From a virus, in the IMG/VR virus record IMGVR_UViG_3300025647_000026, positions 13,879-77,878 of that record: 64,000 nucleotides of DNA; one strand, written 5' to 3'. Shown piece by piece: positions 10,141-21,067 of this stretch; within the stretch, counting starts at the first letter, position 1, and each line of letters starts with the position of its first letter. The position numbers and the translations under genes are program-made. Below the pieces are notes generated by a model. That model worked only from the letters and a program-made list of their open reading frames with translations, did not search any database and was not told the DNA's origin.

Positions 10141-12875
10141 TATTTTTTAGGCTTCAATGCTCGCTCACTAAAATCTCTACTTACTGAGTACCCACATTTC
10201 CAACACGTTTTGTTCTCGTCTTTTAAAGGCAAATGACTTTTTGCTGTGTCGTAACCACAGTTTTGACATTTTTTATACCAAACGTCAAAGTCCCCTAGCG
10301 TTTTATTTTTCATAGTCAGCACTAATCTACTTGAACCAATTGCGGGGGAGTAGATAGTAAAGATGCTTTCACTCTACCTAATTCAAACCCTAATGCAAAA
10401 CGTGCTTCTGCTAGATATTGTAAAGAAATATTTGTATATCGTTCTAGTTTAGAATTAGGTTTAGTATTTACGCTTTCATCAACTTCGCCTTCAATATTTT
10501 CTAGCTTATCGAATATTGCTTGGATTTCAGTTCTTATCCAATCTACTCTTTCAACGTGGTTGGTACTATCCCAATCAATTACTTGGGTAAAAGTATCTCT
10601 ACCTCCCGTTGCTACATCAGTAGGTAATTCAATATCTTCTACCGATTTTCTTTTACCATCGTTAGCGTAAGGTGTTTTGTCGCCAAGTTCTGCCATACAT
10701 TTCCCTAGCCATGCTTTTGCATAAATAAGGCTATGTGCAGCATCTTCTATTTCTTGTGAGTTACTAAATTTGTAATGCACCTCTTTTGTTACGGGCATTA
10801 GTAGTAATGTTAATTGGTGTAGCGCATCTATTTGAATACGCAATTCTTTGATTTGATTTTTCATATTATTTGTTTGTTTTTATAAATTTTACTGTATCTC
10901 CAATATTAAATTTACCGCAACTATCGTTAAAGTGCCTAAATCTTGGTACTCCATTAGTTTGAACGGTGTATTCGCAATAATTATTGTAGGAATTAAATGC
11001 TGTAACTATTATTGGTTCTGTATTGTCAAAATTACAACCAATAATCATTATTATCAAGGCTAAATATATTCTTTTCATATTATTCGTTTGTTATAAAGCA
11101 GTTCATTAATTCATCTGTTGTAACTATATCAGGCTTTAAATTTGGCTTATATTTTATACACCACAAGCCCGTTGCGGTATTATACTCTACTGTCTTAATG
11201 TTGTTAGTTAATTCGATTGCTTTAACTAACTCTTCAATTGTTGTTCCCATTTTTATTTGTATTTTATGATTATTATTTTTTCGTTATTTAAAACCGATTC
11301 TCCAATTAAATCATGCTTGGTATTCTCTAAATACTCCCCAATTTCCATTGGCTCTACAATAGAAGATAAACGACCTTCTTGAGTAGAAAATCTTAAGCAT
11401 CCTGCATTATTAATAAAATAATCAGTGCTGTCTTTTGGTACTTTTACTAAAATATGTTTTTCCATGTTTTTTATTTAATTTAATTACCTATATTGTATTT
11501 AGTCCAATCTTTAAATTCTTCGTCAATATCTCGCTTAATACCACTTTCTGTTGTTTCGTTTGTATAAATAGACCCTAGAAAGGAATCTCCATTATATACC
11601 TCTAATTTTATCCACATTATTCTATTATTTGTTTTTGTAAAAATTTAATTACTTCTTTTAATTGGTCGTTTGGAATCCAAGTTTCAACTATGTATTTATC
11701 TTCGTTATGAATTTGAATCCTAACTTCTCCTTTTTCGTCTTTAGTAAAGAATAGAATAGGGTCATTACCAAATGAGCGCAGCTCAATCTTTTCGTTACTT
11801 AAAGCAACTGTGCTAAGCGATAGTCTCATTATTTTTTAGTTAATTCTAGTTGCTGTGGCACTAAATCTTCAATAGTTTTGATTATCTTAGTTGTTCCATT
11901 AAGTAAATGGTCAAAAAATATTTGATTATCTTTTTTAAAGAATGAAAGTTGAATCCTTCCTCTTGTTATGCAAATTACATTTTTAAGTTTAGAAATATCT
12001 TTTTGGTTTAACTCCCAACCTTCAAATAAAACTGATTCTTTTTCTTTTTCGTATGCTTTCCAGTACTCTGTTTTAACCGAAGTTCCCCATCTTTCTTCGT
12101 TACTTTGCCATTTGTTTTGAGGCGGTACTGAAATATTACCATCTTTATCGCAAGGTATAAACATTCCTAGTGTAAGTGGTTGCTTTAAAAAATTAGCATA
12201 ATCAACTATTTGCTTATATCTTACTTCTTTGTGTTTATCTTGTTCCAACACGTAATCTATCATTGTCATCAGTCTTTCCATTTTTATCTTTTAGTTATTA
12301 ATTCAACATTTGTTTTTAAAAGTCGGCTTCTTCGAATTAACCAATTTTAGCGGTAATTTATTGTATGGTGTTTAATCTGTTCAACCCCTTTAAAGTTCCG
12401 ATTTGCTTCTGCAATAAGTTCATTCATTGTGCAACCACCTTCTCTTCTTCTCAGTTCTTCAATCATCCAAATAAGCGGAACTAAATCTCCGTTATTATAT
12501 TGTGGTTGTTCATAATTACCGCTAATATCGGTTTTGCGAAGAAGACGTTTTAGTGCTAATTTTAATCTTTTCATTTCTGTTTATCTTTATTTATTAATTC
12601 GTAATTTTTTGTTTTGTCGTTTATTAGTTTCCATTCAAGCCAAATACTAATATCTATCTCTTTTAAAGCCATCATTATCAAAGTCTTTTAGTTCGTTCAT
12701 TTTATAGCTTTTTAAATATTTGTGGGTAATCAAATAGGCATACGTCTTCTGAATTTTGTAAAGCGTAAGCATTTCCTTCTTTAAAAGTGTATATCATTTC
12801 GCCTTTTTTATACAAGGCGTTAGGATAGTCTGCAATTACCTCAAATTGTATCATATTTTCGTTGGTCGTTTCCAT
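10140..12875 (-). other. Island of ~11 small hypothetical genes (incl. Zn-ribbon 10140..10322)
   Basis: Tightly packed minus-strand ORFs headed by promoter 12880-12915 and closed by terminator at 10093. Confidence 0.7.
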
Positions 12876-12925
12876 AACACAAAAATAGTATTCACTTACG
12901 CTAAACCTAATTAAACTTCTTTAAC

Positions 12926-13804
12926 CTAGTAATTATTATTTGCCAAAGCTGTGCAAGTGTTGGCTATGTCTTGTATGTTGTCGTAAGTGTTTGTTTGACT
13001 TACGTTTCCTAGTCCGTTATTCCACGTCATTGCTTGAATCCTTGAGTATAACCTTGCTATAATTGTTTGGTACTGTTCGTTTTGTGGCTTTGGATTGTTA
13101 ATATTACTCACAATTAAATCCTTTAATTGCTGAGTAATATTGAACGAGGTTTGAAATACATTGTAGTAACCTCCTTCGTATGGGCTAAAATCTCCGCTTG
13201 CACTAGCAACGCTATAAGCCGTGAATGTTTCCCCCGCCCTATAAGTATCGTTCTCGTATGTTGCGCCATCGCTTTGAACTAAGTATTCCATTCCTACTAC
13301 CGTTAAAGGGTCGCCCACGCTTGCCCCAAATACTTTATATTCTATTGGAAGTATTGTGTCTATAATTGTATTGTTAATTCCTAGCCCTAAGTTTTCGCTT
13401 GTCAAATATATTGGCGTAGTTACGCTTGGTCGCCATGTCCCTATCGGTGTGTAATAGTAGCCCGTTTCTTCAAAAGTATCTCCGCTTTGAACTGTTATAC
13501 CCGCTATAAATGGCGTAAAAATACTTCCAACTCCTATTAATTTATTGTCGTAGGTTTTTATAGTTCCCGCAGTTTTTATATACTCCTTGTATTGGGTTAA
13601 AGCCCCGCTACTAATGGAGTTTAGGCTTTGTAAGCTAAGGTAGTTTCCTACTCTAAGTACGCCAAAACTATCAGAAATAGGGAGATTTGGCGAGTTATAG
13701 CCTCCGCTATTGTTAGCTGAATACAGTCCCGTTGTGTCTAAAATTTCTACAACGGAATTGTCTTCGCTGTTTTGGTATAGGTTTATTTTTGGTAGTAGTG
13801 CCAT
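12926..13804 (-). CDS. Putative virion structural protein (paralogue of 1035..1898)
   Basis: D-x-TG-x-Y...GGY N-terminus, EYLV...YENDTYRAGETF motif; own promoter 13812-13819. Confidence 0.55.
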   Translation of the reverse strand: MALLPKINLYQNSEDNSVVEILDTTGLYSANNSGGYNSPNLPISDSFGVLRVGNYLSLQSLNSISSGALTQYKEYIKTAGTIKTYDNKLIGVGSIFTPFIAGITVQSGDTFEETGYYYTPIGTWRPSVTTPIYLTSENLGLGINNTIIDTILPIEYKVFGASVGDPLTVVGMEYLVQSDGATYENDTYRAGETFTAYSVASASGDFSPYEGGYYNVFQTSFNITQQLKDLIVSNINNPKPQNEQYQTIIARLYSRIQAMTWNNGLGNVSQTNTYDNIQDIANTCTALANNNY

Positions 13805-13825
13805 TGTGGTACAAAGATAATGATT

Positions 13826-14134
13826 TTAACTGTCAAACAAATTTTTAAAACAATGCCCGATATATCCTTTGTATTTAGTGTAGAAAGCCACAATTTCTTT
13901 TTGCATAAAATTGCCGTCATTAAATTTATTATCATCAAGCCCTATATGCGCTTTAGATAATAGTAAGTTCATTTCTTCGTGTATTTCTTTTTTAAACTGC
14001 CTCTCACGCTCTAGAATTTTCATTACAACAGTGATTACGTTTTCATCCTTTGCAAGAGAGTTAATAATTTCAGCTTTTACTACGTCATCAGGCAGCCCCG
14101 AATTGATAATTGATTTTAATTCTTGTAGGTTCAT
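13826..14134 (-). CDS. Hypothetical single-gene island
   Basis: Own TTTAATTAG-N19-TATTTTTG promoter, ATG 4 nt downstream. Confidence 0.65.
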   Translation of the reverse strand: MNLQELKSIINSGLPDDVVKAEIINSLAKDENVITVVMKILERERQFKKEIHEEMNLLLSKAHIGLDDNKFNDGNFMQKEIVAFYTKYKGYIGHCFKNLFDS

Positions 14135-14174
14135 AATTCAAAAATAAGAAGTACTTCTGCTATTCCTAATTAAA

Positions 14175-14798
14175 TTATCTTAACACAGTATTATTTGTTT
14201 GCATAATTTCTCTCTCCCATTGTTGGTAGCGTGGGTCTGAGAGGCTTAATCCATAAGCAGAAAGTAATTGACGTACTATGCCTGTTATGGTGTTTAGGTT
14301 GTAAGTTAATTGGGTTGTGCTGTCTGTTACGTCTATTGCAAATGGTGTTCTAAAATAGTTTCCTTCTGCTAGTGTGCATTGCACAGTACTTGGGGAAATA
14401 TTTATATCGTTATTTACTATAAAGTATTTGGGGTATAAAAATGTTCCATCGCTGAAACTTCCTTTCATTGCGTTTGGCGGTAATGGCGAAGCAGTATTTG
14501 TGTAAGTATTGCCGTTTACTACAAAGGTTGCGTCTAGGTTTATTAGCCCAAAGTAATTTGTCATATCAGTTGTTTTTGATACTTTGTTATTGGTTGGTGT
14601 CGCTACGCTAAAGGTTTGCATTAGTGGTTCTAATTCTGCGTTTATTTCACCGTTCTCGCCAAATAGTTTGAACATTGGTTTGAAGTATTCTCCTTGTATT
14701 TGTTCGAGTTGTTTGTTTACGCTTGCAGTTGGTACTATTCCGTTAATCGGGAAGTCGTATAATGCTTTTAATATTCCGTATATCTGTGAACCTGTCAT
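14175..14798 (-). CDS. Putative tail ring protein; true start likely 14798 (MTGSQ)
   Basis: Promoter at 14804-14811 and terminator lie inside the longer ORF call; N-terminal YD...VNKQLEQIQGEY and YFRTP motifs resemble ring proteins. Confidence 0.55.
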   Translation of the reverse strand: MTGSQIYGILKALYDFPINGIVPTASVNKQLEQIQGEYFKPMFKLFGENGEINAELEPLMQTFSVATPTNNKVSKTTDMTNYFGLINLDATFVVNGNTYTNTASPLPPNAMKGSFSDGTFLYPKYFIVNNDINISPSTVQCTLAEGNYFRTPFAIDVTDSTTQLTYNLNTITGIVRQLLSAYGLSLSDPRYQQWEREIMQTNNTVLR

Positions 14799-14872
14799 GG
14801 GTACAAAGATAGTAGTTTTATGCAACAAAAAATAGGCTATCTGAAAATTAGATAGCCTTGATTTTTTGTTTG

Positions 14873-17800
14873 TTATTTCAGTTCGTTCTCTAGTTCTTTT
14901 TGCTGAACGTCTGTTATCCACTTCAATTCTTTGTATCTCTTTATGTCGGTTGACGGGTCGGTTGATTTCTTTAAAGTAGGTAGGTAAACTTTGAATTTTA
15001 AGTCGTCAAAAGATTTCCCTTTAGTTCTTTCTCTGAACGCTTTTTCTTCGGCAGTTACTTCATGCTTCTCGTCAAAGGCAATTTGGTCTTCGGTATCTTT
15101 TGCTTTCTTTTCTTTTTGAGCCAAACTTTCTTTTTCTTTTTCTCCAAAAAACTGCTTAAAGTCATTTTCGCTAAACGAAACCTTAGCTTTAGCTATAACT
15201 GTTGCTTCTGAAACTCCATTGCTAATAGCTTTTTGAGCATCTTCTAAGTCCATTTTCTTTAGTTCATCGTAATTATCCTCTAGGAATTTAGATATTTCCG
15301 CACCTCTAGTTTCTGAGTATATTTTAAATTGTTTGCCGTTCATTACTTTATCCTTTTGTTCGGCAGTATCAAAGTAAACTTCTTTTCTTATGTCGGGCGG
15401 TTTTATTAATGATTTCTTTTCTGCCAATAGCTTAACTATTTTATTGCCTTCTCCCGCAGAAACTAATATATCGGTATCAGGGACTACTTCTTTGCCTAGT
15501 GCGTCTATTTTATTCTCAAAGTAGTTTCTCAAGTAAGGAATATCTTCAACTATCATTCCTAGCGGGTTTAGTTTCGTTTGTTTTACGGGAATATCAAACG
15601 CTGCTTCTACTTCCTTAGCAGCTTGGGTGTATAATGCGGGGACAACTACTGATTTAGTTGTTTTTACTGCTGATTTATATAAGTTAGTTGCGTTATCTTC
15701 CGAAGCTGCTGCGCCACTAAATAAAGTTCCTAAAAACGTATTAATAGAAGCCAAGAAAGTTGCGTCAAAAAATACTCGTGAAGTAGCTGTCATTGCCACG
15801 CCAAGTTTTGTCCATTGCGAATCAGTTAGCTTTTCTCTCCTATATGCTTCGTAATCCTTTAAATTACCAATGGCAGAAAACATTACTATTAAAGGGGTAT
15901 ATCTATAAGAAACCCATGCTCCATATTTTTTAGTTATAGGATTCCATACTCTAAGTGAATATGGTTGCCATCCTTCGTCTTTCTTTAATAATTCATTTTT
16001 TTGATAGTCTCCTGTTCCGTTTGCAGTAATTTGTAGTATAGGCTCATCGTCATCATCTCCTTTAAGTGTTGTTAGCATTGCCACTGCCGTTGTTAGCGCA
16101 AGCCCTATTAATGCTTTTGTTTTAAGTTCTGCCTTAAATTCTGCTTGTCTTGTTTCTGACATATCTTCAAAATCCTTTCTAGGCATATTTGAAATAGAGC
16201 CGTTACCCATTCCTCTTATATATCCAACAGGTGTATAGTTTAGTGCTTCATTTGCTACGTTTGCTACAATTGTTGTAAAAGGAACTACAAATTTCAATAG
16301 TTTTGTTTTATTATTTTTTTCTATGAAATTATTGATACTTGTTACTAACCCACCTAAAAGCCCTTCTGTTTTGTAATTAAAAGTTGACCTTGCTGCAAAG
16401 TTAGCACTTTCTTCTATTATTTCAGAGCCTCTACCCATTTCAATTAATTCAAATACACGTCTTCCTTCATCGTTTTTAGCCTTATTTATTTTGGCATCTT
16501 TTTCTTTTTGGCTAATAGGCTCATTATTTATTTCCTCTATTTCTTTTTGTAGTTCAAGTGCTGCTAGGTGTTTAGTTTCATTTATTGAATTATCGTCTTT
16601 TCTTAAATATTCTAAAGCTCGCTGCCTTGTATTTACGCTAGGTTCTAACTTGCCATCATTTACCGCCATCATTCTTGCCCATTGGTAGGCTCTCATTTCT
16701 TTAAGTCCACCTGCAATAAAAACATCGGTAGCAGCCATTATTCTTCTTACGTACTTCAAATAATTAGCAGGGTTAATACTCCCACCTTTAAATGGATATA
16801 ATTCTAATGTTGAAGGTACTTCTACTCTCCCTCTTAGTGGGCTGTATCCAGTTACTAATGTGCTTTTAGCTTCAAGCATACCTTGTTTTATTCCATTCAG
16901 CCAACCATTTACAAGGAATGGTACTGATTTAGGTCTTCTTAATGTTGCTATACCAAATACCGCAAAAGTATTATATAATCCCGAAGCGGCATTTACTATT
17001 TGTGTATTATACCCACTTAGTAAATTTGCATACCACACAGAGAACATTACGTCAATAAGTGATACTCCTTTAAGTTTAGCTTGGTATCCTAATAAATCCT
17101 CAATAGCACTTGCTTTTTTTAACCCATCGGCAGTTCTTTCTACTATGTTTGCTAGTCGTTCAATTTCTTTAATGTTTTCTGGAGTTAATGTTGCCCAGCC
17201 CATTTTCTCTGCATAAGCACTTACTAAAGCATCATCGCTAAATGCGCCTAAGTTAGTTAGTCTTATTAACTCCGATTCTAGGTTTTTTATTTGATTTTTG
17301 CCACGTTCTTTTTTGCTAAAAATAGTTGCTAGTATTTGTTGTTTTTTCTCTAAAGCCAATCTATCAAATTCTTTGCTTATAGCGTCTCCTAGTTCTTTTG
17401 CTTGCTCTTCTGTTAAGCCAGCTTCTTCTGTTAACTTTTCTATTAGGCTTCTTTTTGTTGCATCGTAAATAGTATAATGCTGTTGAGCTACTTTTGCAAT
17501 AGTTTCGCCTTCGTCTTTAAGCCCTTTTATTACAGCTTTTGTAATTTCTTTTTGACTAAATGGCGTTGCTAATATATCTCCAAAGTAAGCATCAATAGCT
17601 TCTAACGCTTGTTCGTTGTCTTTGTATTTCTCCTGAAACTCTGCTTTAGTTTTCTCCCAAACGTCTGCATATTTATCTAAGTTTTTATAAGCATCGCCAA
17701 TAACTTCAATTGAACTTCTTAATGGTTTACTTATTCTTTCGCTTTCTGGTAATGACTCTATAATCTTTGCTTGCATATTTCTTACTAATCCATTAGTAAA

Positions 17801-19021
17801 ATCTTCTAAGGCAGCATTTTCTCTTATATCTGTACTTGTTTGTTCTAGGCTAATGTTCTTTAACCTTTTTGCAGCCATATCCCTATATTTACCCCATAAG
17901 CCATCTTCTTTTGCTATGTTTTGTAGGTTAGCTATTGCTTTTTCGATTCCTTTTCTATCTGCTCTTGCTAATGCTGCTTCTAATTTGTCTTTCCATTTCT
18001 TGCCTCTTGCTTCATTAATTTCTGTATCTACTTTATCAATAGCTGCGTTATAAAGGTCGGTTAAGAATGGTTTTACCTTTTCTCCTACTGCTTCTATTAT
18101 TGCTTCGCTAAATGCTATAAAATTTCTTGTCCCTGCTTCTATATGGTAAACTCCTATTGGAATCAATTGAACAGGTAGCGCAGCAGCAAAAGTCATTTTA
18201 TTTAAGTCTTTTAATAACTTATCATAATTTTCTTTTGTTACTAATTTATTTTTAGACCCGTATGTTGGTGATTTTCTATTAGGGGATTGGGTAATCTTGT
18301 TTATTTTGCCTTGTACTTTTTCTACTGCTTCTTTTGCCGCTTCCTTATTGGCTTTTTTAAATTCTTTGGCAATCTTTTTAGGTTTGCCATCTTTTTCAGC
18401 ACGTTCTTGGTTAATCTTTTTTATTGCTTGGCTTACAGCAAATACTTCTGTTGCGGGGCTTAGTGTAGGTAGTTTCCAATTTGCTTGGTTAAACTGTCCG
18501 AAATCTGTACTAGCAAATGCTAACCATTCTCTCAAGGCTATTGCGTCTTGGCTTCTGCCTAGTCTATCATATTCTTTAATTATTAGTTGAGCAATAATAT
18601 TTCTTACAGCACCGTTCATTCCGTTGTTTAAATCTCTTATTCCTTTTTCTAAATAGTCAATAGGTGTTACTTCAATTATTTTTCTAGCTTCTGCCTCTGA
18701 AAGTTTGTTTGGCATTTGGTCGTAATAAATAGCATCTTCCGAAAGTATTTCCGCTAAGCTAGGGTTTTCTTTTAGGAATTGTTTTGTTACACCTCTCATT
18801 AGCTTCTTCCCTCCCTCACTTGGGGCAGCTTCTTTTTTAGGTGCTTTTGGTGGGGTTATTGGAGGTAATGCGTTATCTGTTCCTGCTAGTTTTTCGGTTA
18901 GCTTGTCGTATTCTGTCTTGCCGTTTTCATCAGGTGTTGCTAAAAATGTTATCCATTCTGCTTCTGTTAGTGTTATAGGTTCTGTTGCGCCAATAGGAGT
19001 GAAAGTTATATTACAAGGCAT
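14873..19021 (-). CDS. Large internal virion/ejection protein
   Basis: 1382 aa helical protein with NLLSG-x-TQ-x-N, VPFTTIVAN, GWQPYS motifs typical of large ejection/polyvalent protein C-termini. Confidence 0.7.
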   Translation of the reverse strand: MPCNITFTPIGATEPITLTEAEWITFLATPDENGKTEYDKLTEKLAGTDNALPPITPPKAPKKEAAPSEGGKKLMRGVTKQFLKENPSLAEILSEDAIYYDQMPNKLSEAEARKIIEVTPIDYLEKGIRDLNNGMNGAVRNIIAQLIIKEYDRLGRSQDAIALREWLAFASTDFGQFNQANWKLPTLSPATEVFAVSQAIKKINQERAEKDGKPKKIAKEFKKANKEAAKEAVEKVQGKINKITQSPNRKSPTYGSKNKLVTKENYDKLLKDLNKMTFAAALPVQLIPIGVYHIEAGTRNFIAFSEAIIEAVGEKVKPFLTDLYNAAIDKVDTEINEARGKKWKDKLEAALARADRKGIEKAIANLQNIAKEDGLWGKYRDMAAKRLKNISLEQTSTDIRENAALEDFTNGLVRNMQAKIIESLPESERISKPLRSSIEVIGDAYKNLDKYADVWEKTKAEFQEKYKDNEQALEAIDAYFGDILATPFSQKEITKAVIKGLKDEGETIAKVAQQHYTIYDATKRSLIEKLTEEAGLTEEQAKELGDAISKEFDRLALEKKQQILATIFSKKERGKNQIKNLESELIRLTNLGAFSDDALVSAYAEKMGWATLTPENIKEIERLANIVERTADGLKKASAIEDLLGYQAKLKGVSLIDVMFSVWYANLLSGYNTQIVNAASGLYNTFAVFGIATLRRPKSVPFLVNGWLNGIKQGMLEAKSTLVTGYSPLRGRVEVPSTLELYPFKGGSINPANYLKYVRRIMAATDVFIAGGLKEMRAYQWARMMAVNDGKLEPSVNTRQRALEYLRKDDNSINETKHLAALELQKEIEEINNEPISQKEKDAKINKAKNDEGRRVFELIEMGRGSEIIEESANFAARSTFNYKTEGLLGGLVTSINNFIEKNNKTKLLKFVVPFTTIVANVANEALNYTPVGYIRGMGNGSISNMPRKDFEDMSETRQAEFKAELKTKALIGLALTTAVAMLTTLKGDDDDEPILQITANGTGDYQKNELLKKDEGWQPYSLRVWNPITKKYGAWVSYRYTPLIVMFSAIGNLKDYEAYRREKLTDSQWTKLGVAMTATSRVFFDATFLASINTFLGTLFSGAAASEDNATNLYKSAVKTTKSVVVPALYTQAAKEVEAAFDIPVKQTKLNPLGMIVEDIPYLRNYFENKIDALGKEVVPDTDILVSAGEGNKIVKLLAEKKSLIKPPDIRKEVYFDTAEQKDKVMNGKQFKIYSETRGAEISKFLEDNYDELKKMDLEDAQKAISNGVSEATVIAKAKVSFSENDFKQFFGEKEKESLAQKEKKAKDTEDQIAFDEKHEVTAEEKAFRERTKGKSFDDLKFKVYLPTLKKSTDPSTDIKRYKELKWITDVQQKELENELK

Positions 19022-19120
19022 AGTGTTTGTATTTTTAAAGTAACAAATTTAGTCTTTTTTTGTTACAAAAAGAAAGCCACCTTGAAATAAGGCAGCTTAC
19101 TCTTTTTGTAAGTTGTTTTC

Positions 19121-19330
19121 TTAACCTTTTATGTATCTCATATAATTAATGGCAGCGTACTCTTTGATTATCTTATCTCTATTCGGCTCGTAAACCATAT
19201 CCATTATAACGAAAATTTCTTCGACACCGTTTTCTTTTTCGTCAATTAAAACTACTTCTGCGCCATGCTTTTTAAGCAATAAGCTTAAATCTTTTTCAAA
19301 AGATTCTATTCTTTCTTTTTCTGTTATCAT
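19121..19330 (-). CDS. Hypothetical protein
   Basis: ORF downstream of BRO gene. Confidence 0.55.
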   Translation of the reverse strand: MITEKERIESFEKDLSLLLKKHGAEVVLIDEKENGVEEIFVIMDMVYEPNRDKIIKEYAAINYMRYIKG

Positions 19331-19342
19331 GTTTTTGTTTAT

Positions 19343-20095
19343 TTAATTCGTTATTTCTATTCCTAGTTTATTTAATTCTTTAAATGCTGGTAAAAAGGCT
19401 TTATCAAGTTCTCTTAATTGCTCTAATTCTACATGGTGGTTAATAATTAAATGGTCATTTAAACTCATTACTGCTGCCATTTCTGGTTTATTTTCTCTTA
19501 ATACTTCTTTTGCTGATTTACTTTTATTTGCATTAAACAAGTTTTTTATTTCTTTTGGCTCAAGCCCTGTTACTTGTTTGCAATTCTTTCTATTATAGTC
19601 AATAGTAGAATATTTACCGCCTTTATTGTAGTTTTCAGTATTTATTAATTTACTATTATTTAATTGAGTTAATCTATCTGTTTGTGCGTGTAGAACCGCT
19701 TTGCTTATCTTTAAATTATAGCTACCATATTTTCTAATATTAGGTAAAACTTCTTTTGTAACCCAATCTTTAAATGGTTGCGCTGTTTCTAAATTTGATG
19801 CAAGTGATAACTTATACATTCCGCTTTCTGCTAATAATGTTACCGAAGACGCTCTCCCACCGACTAATTTTGAATTAGTCAGTTGTTTTTTAAAATCCTT
19901 AAAGTCTTTAAGATTAATTACTTTGTATTCCGTACTATCTAAACTTGCTGCTTTTATAGCTTGGGTTAAATTTGTGTGTCCCCAAATATTTGCTATTTCA
20001 GTTCCCAAGAACATTGTTACCCCACTTTTATTATTTGTGAATGTAGTTAGTGAGCCAAAACTTTCTTTGGTAAATTTTTCTATGTTTATTTTCAT
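19343..20095 (-). CDS. BRO-N domain antirepressor-like protein
   Basis: LAESGMYKL...AQPFKDWVTKEVLPNIRKYGSY is the BRO-N signature. Confidence 0.85.
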   Translation of the reverse strand: MKINIEKFTKESFGSLTTFTNNKSGVTMFLGTEIANIWGHTNLTQAIKAASLDSTEYKVINLKDFKDFKKQLTNSKLVGGRASSVTLLAESGMYKLSLASNLETAQPFKDWVTKEVLPNIRKYGSYNLKISKAVLHAQTDRLTQLNNSKLINTENYNKGGKYSTIDYNRKNCKQVTGLEPKEIKNLFNANKSKSAKEVLRENKPEMAAVMSLNDHLIINHHVELEQLRELDKAFLPAFKELNKLGIEITN

Positions 20096-20231
20096 GTGGC
20101 AAAGATAATTAATTAAACCATTTACGAAAATATATTTAGTTAAAACTTATCCACACAAAATAGAAAGCCCTCCAAAGTGTGCATCGCAATGATAGGCATG
20201 GAGGGCGTTTTAAAATTGTAATGTGTTAGTG

Positions 20232-20333
20232 TTATTCTTCTTCCATGTCCATCCAATCAGCGTGTTCTCGGCATGTGCCGCAAATACCTGTATCTTGAAT
20301 CCATTCTTCTGCTCCGCAGCATTCGCTTTCCAT
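20232..20333 (-). CDS. 33-aa Cys/His microprotein (MESECCGAEEWIQDTGICGTCREHADWMDMEEE)
   Basis: Read directly; below ORF-track cut-off; starts 2 nt after ferritin stop; CC...CxxCxEH. Confidence 0.7.
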   Translation of the reverse strand: MESECCGAEEWIQDTGICGTCREHADWMDMEEE

Positions 20334-20335
20334 AG

Positions 20336-20824
20336 TTAGTTCTCCTCAAAAATGCTATGTTCTGCTATTAATTGACCGCTTTTATCTAGCCCTTCAAATG
20401 TTGCTGCGTAGTCTTTGTATATTGCTACTGCTGCTGTTTGAATTACTATATATTCTATTGCTTTTATGGCAGTAGGCACGTCTATGCTTAGTAGTTCGCT
20501 GTATGCTTCGTTGTAGGCTATGCTTACTTCTATTTCTTTTTCTAGGCTTAGTTCTATAAGTTCTGTTAGGTCTTTGGCTTCTATGTCATATTCTTCAGTT
20601 GATGGCACACAGAAGTCGTTTCCTCTGCCATTAACGTAATTTTGCCAGCCTAAGAAGTGTTCATTCTCTTCTATGCTTTCGGCTATGAAATATTTCTCGG
20701 CTAATAGGAATCCGCTTTTGTTGGCTTGTTGGGCTAGTCTTTTGTAAAAGCTTGTTTGTCCTAGTTCTAGTTTAGCTAATGAATTTATGATGTTCATTGC
20801 TTTTTTTGGTATTTCGTATTTCAT
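20336..20824 (-). CDS. Ferritin-like protein; true start likely 20824
   Basis: E...Y...AESIEENEH...YVNGRG...EKE...Q ferroxidase-like pattern; promoter TATCTTTG at 20829-20836. Confidence 0.8.
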   Translation of the reverse strand: MKYEIPKKAMNIINSLAKLELGQTSFYKRLAQQANKSGFLLAEKYFIAESIEENEHFLGWQNYVNGRGNDFCVPSTEEYDIEAKDLTELIELSLEKEIEVSIAYNEAYSELLSIDVPTAIKAIEYIVIQTAAVAIYKDYAATFEGLDKSGQLIAEHSIFEEN

Positions 20825-20905
20825 GATGCAAAGATAGGGATTTTTCAACAAAAACAAAAAGCTACGCTGTATTAGCATAGCTTTCTATTTTTGTTTGTTA
20901 TCTGA

Positions 20906-21059
20906 TACAAACAACCGTTCCGAAGGTATTAGTCAGACACTCTCACCGTTTAAGATTTACCCGCTTTACGGTAATGGGAATTAGTAGGCAGCTCAGAAAG
21001 GTAGCCGAGCAGTCTTTGTTTAATGTGGGAATCGCTATTAACCCATTACTTCGTTTGTA
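20906..21059. ncRNA. Candidate structured RNA
   Basis: ORF-free, GC-richer; nested stems tacaaac/gtttgta, gtaatggg/cccattac, ttagtag/ctattaa, gctc/gagc. Confidence 0.4.
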
Positions 21060-21067
21060 CTAATATT

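Noticed and set aside
20985-21015. SRP RNA-like loop in the 20.9-kb element
   Set aside because: Lacks the conserved domain IV internal loop and GNRA arrangement.
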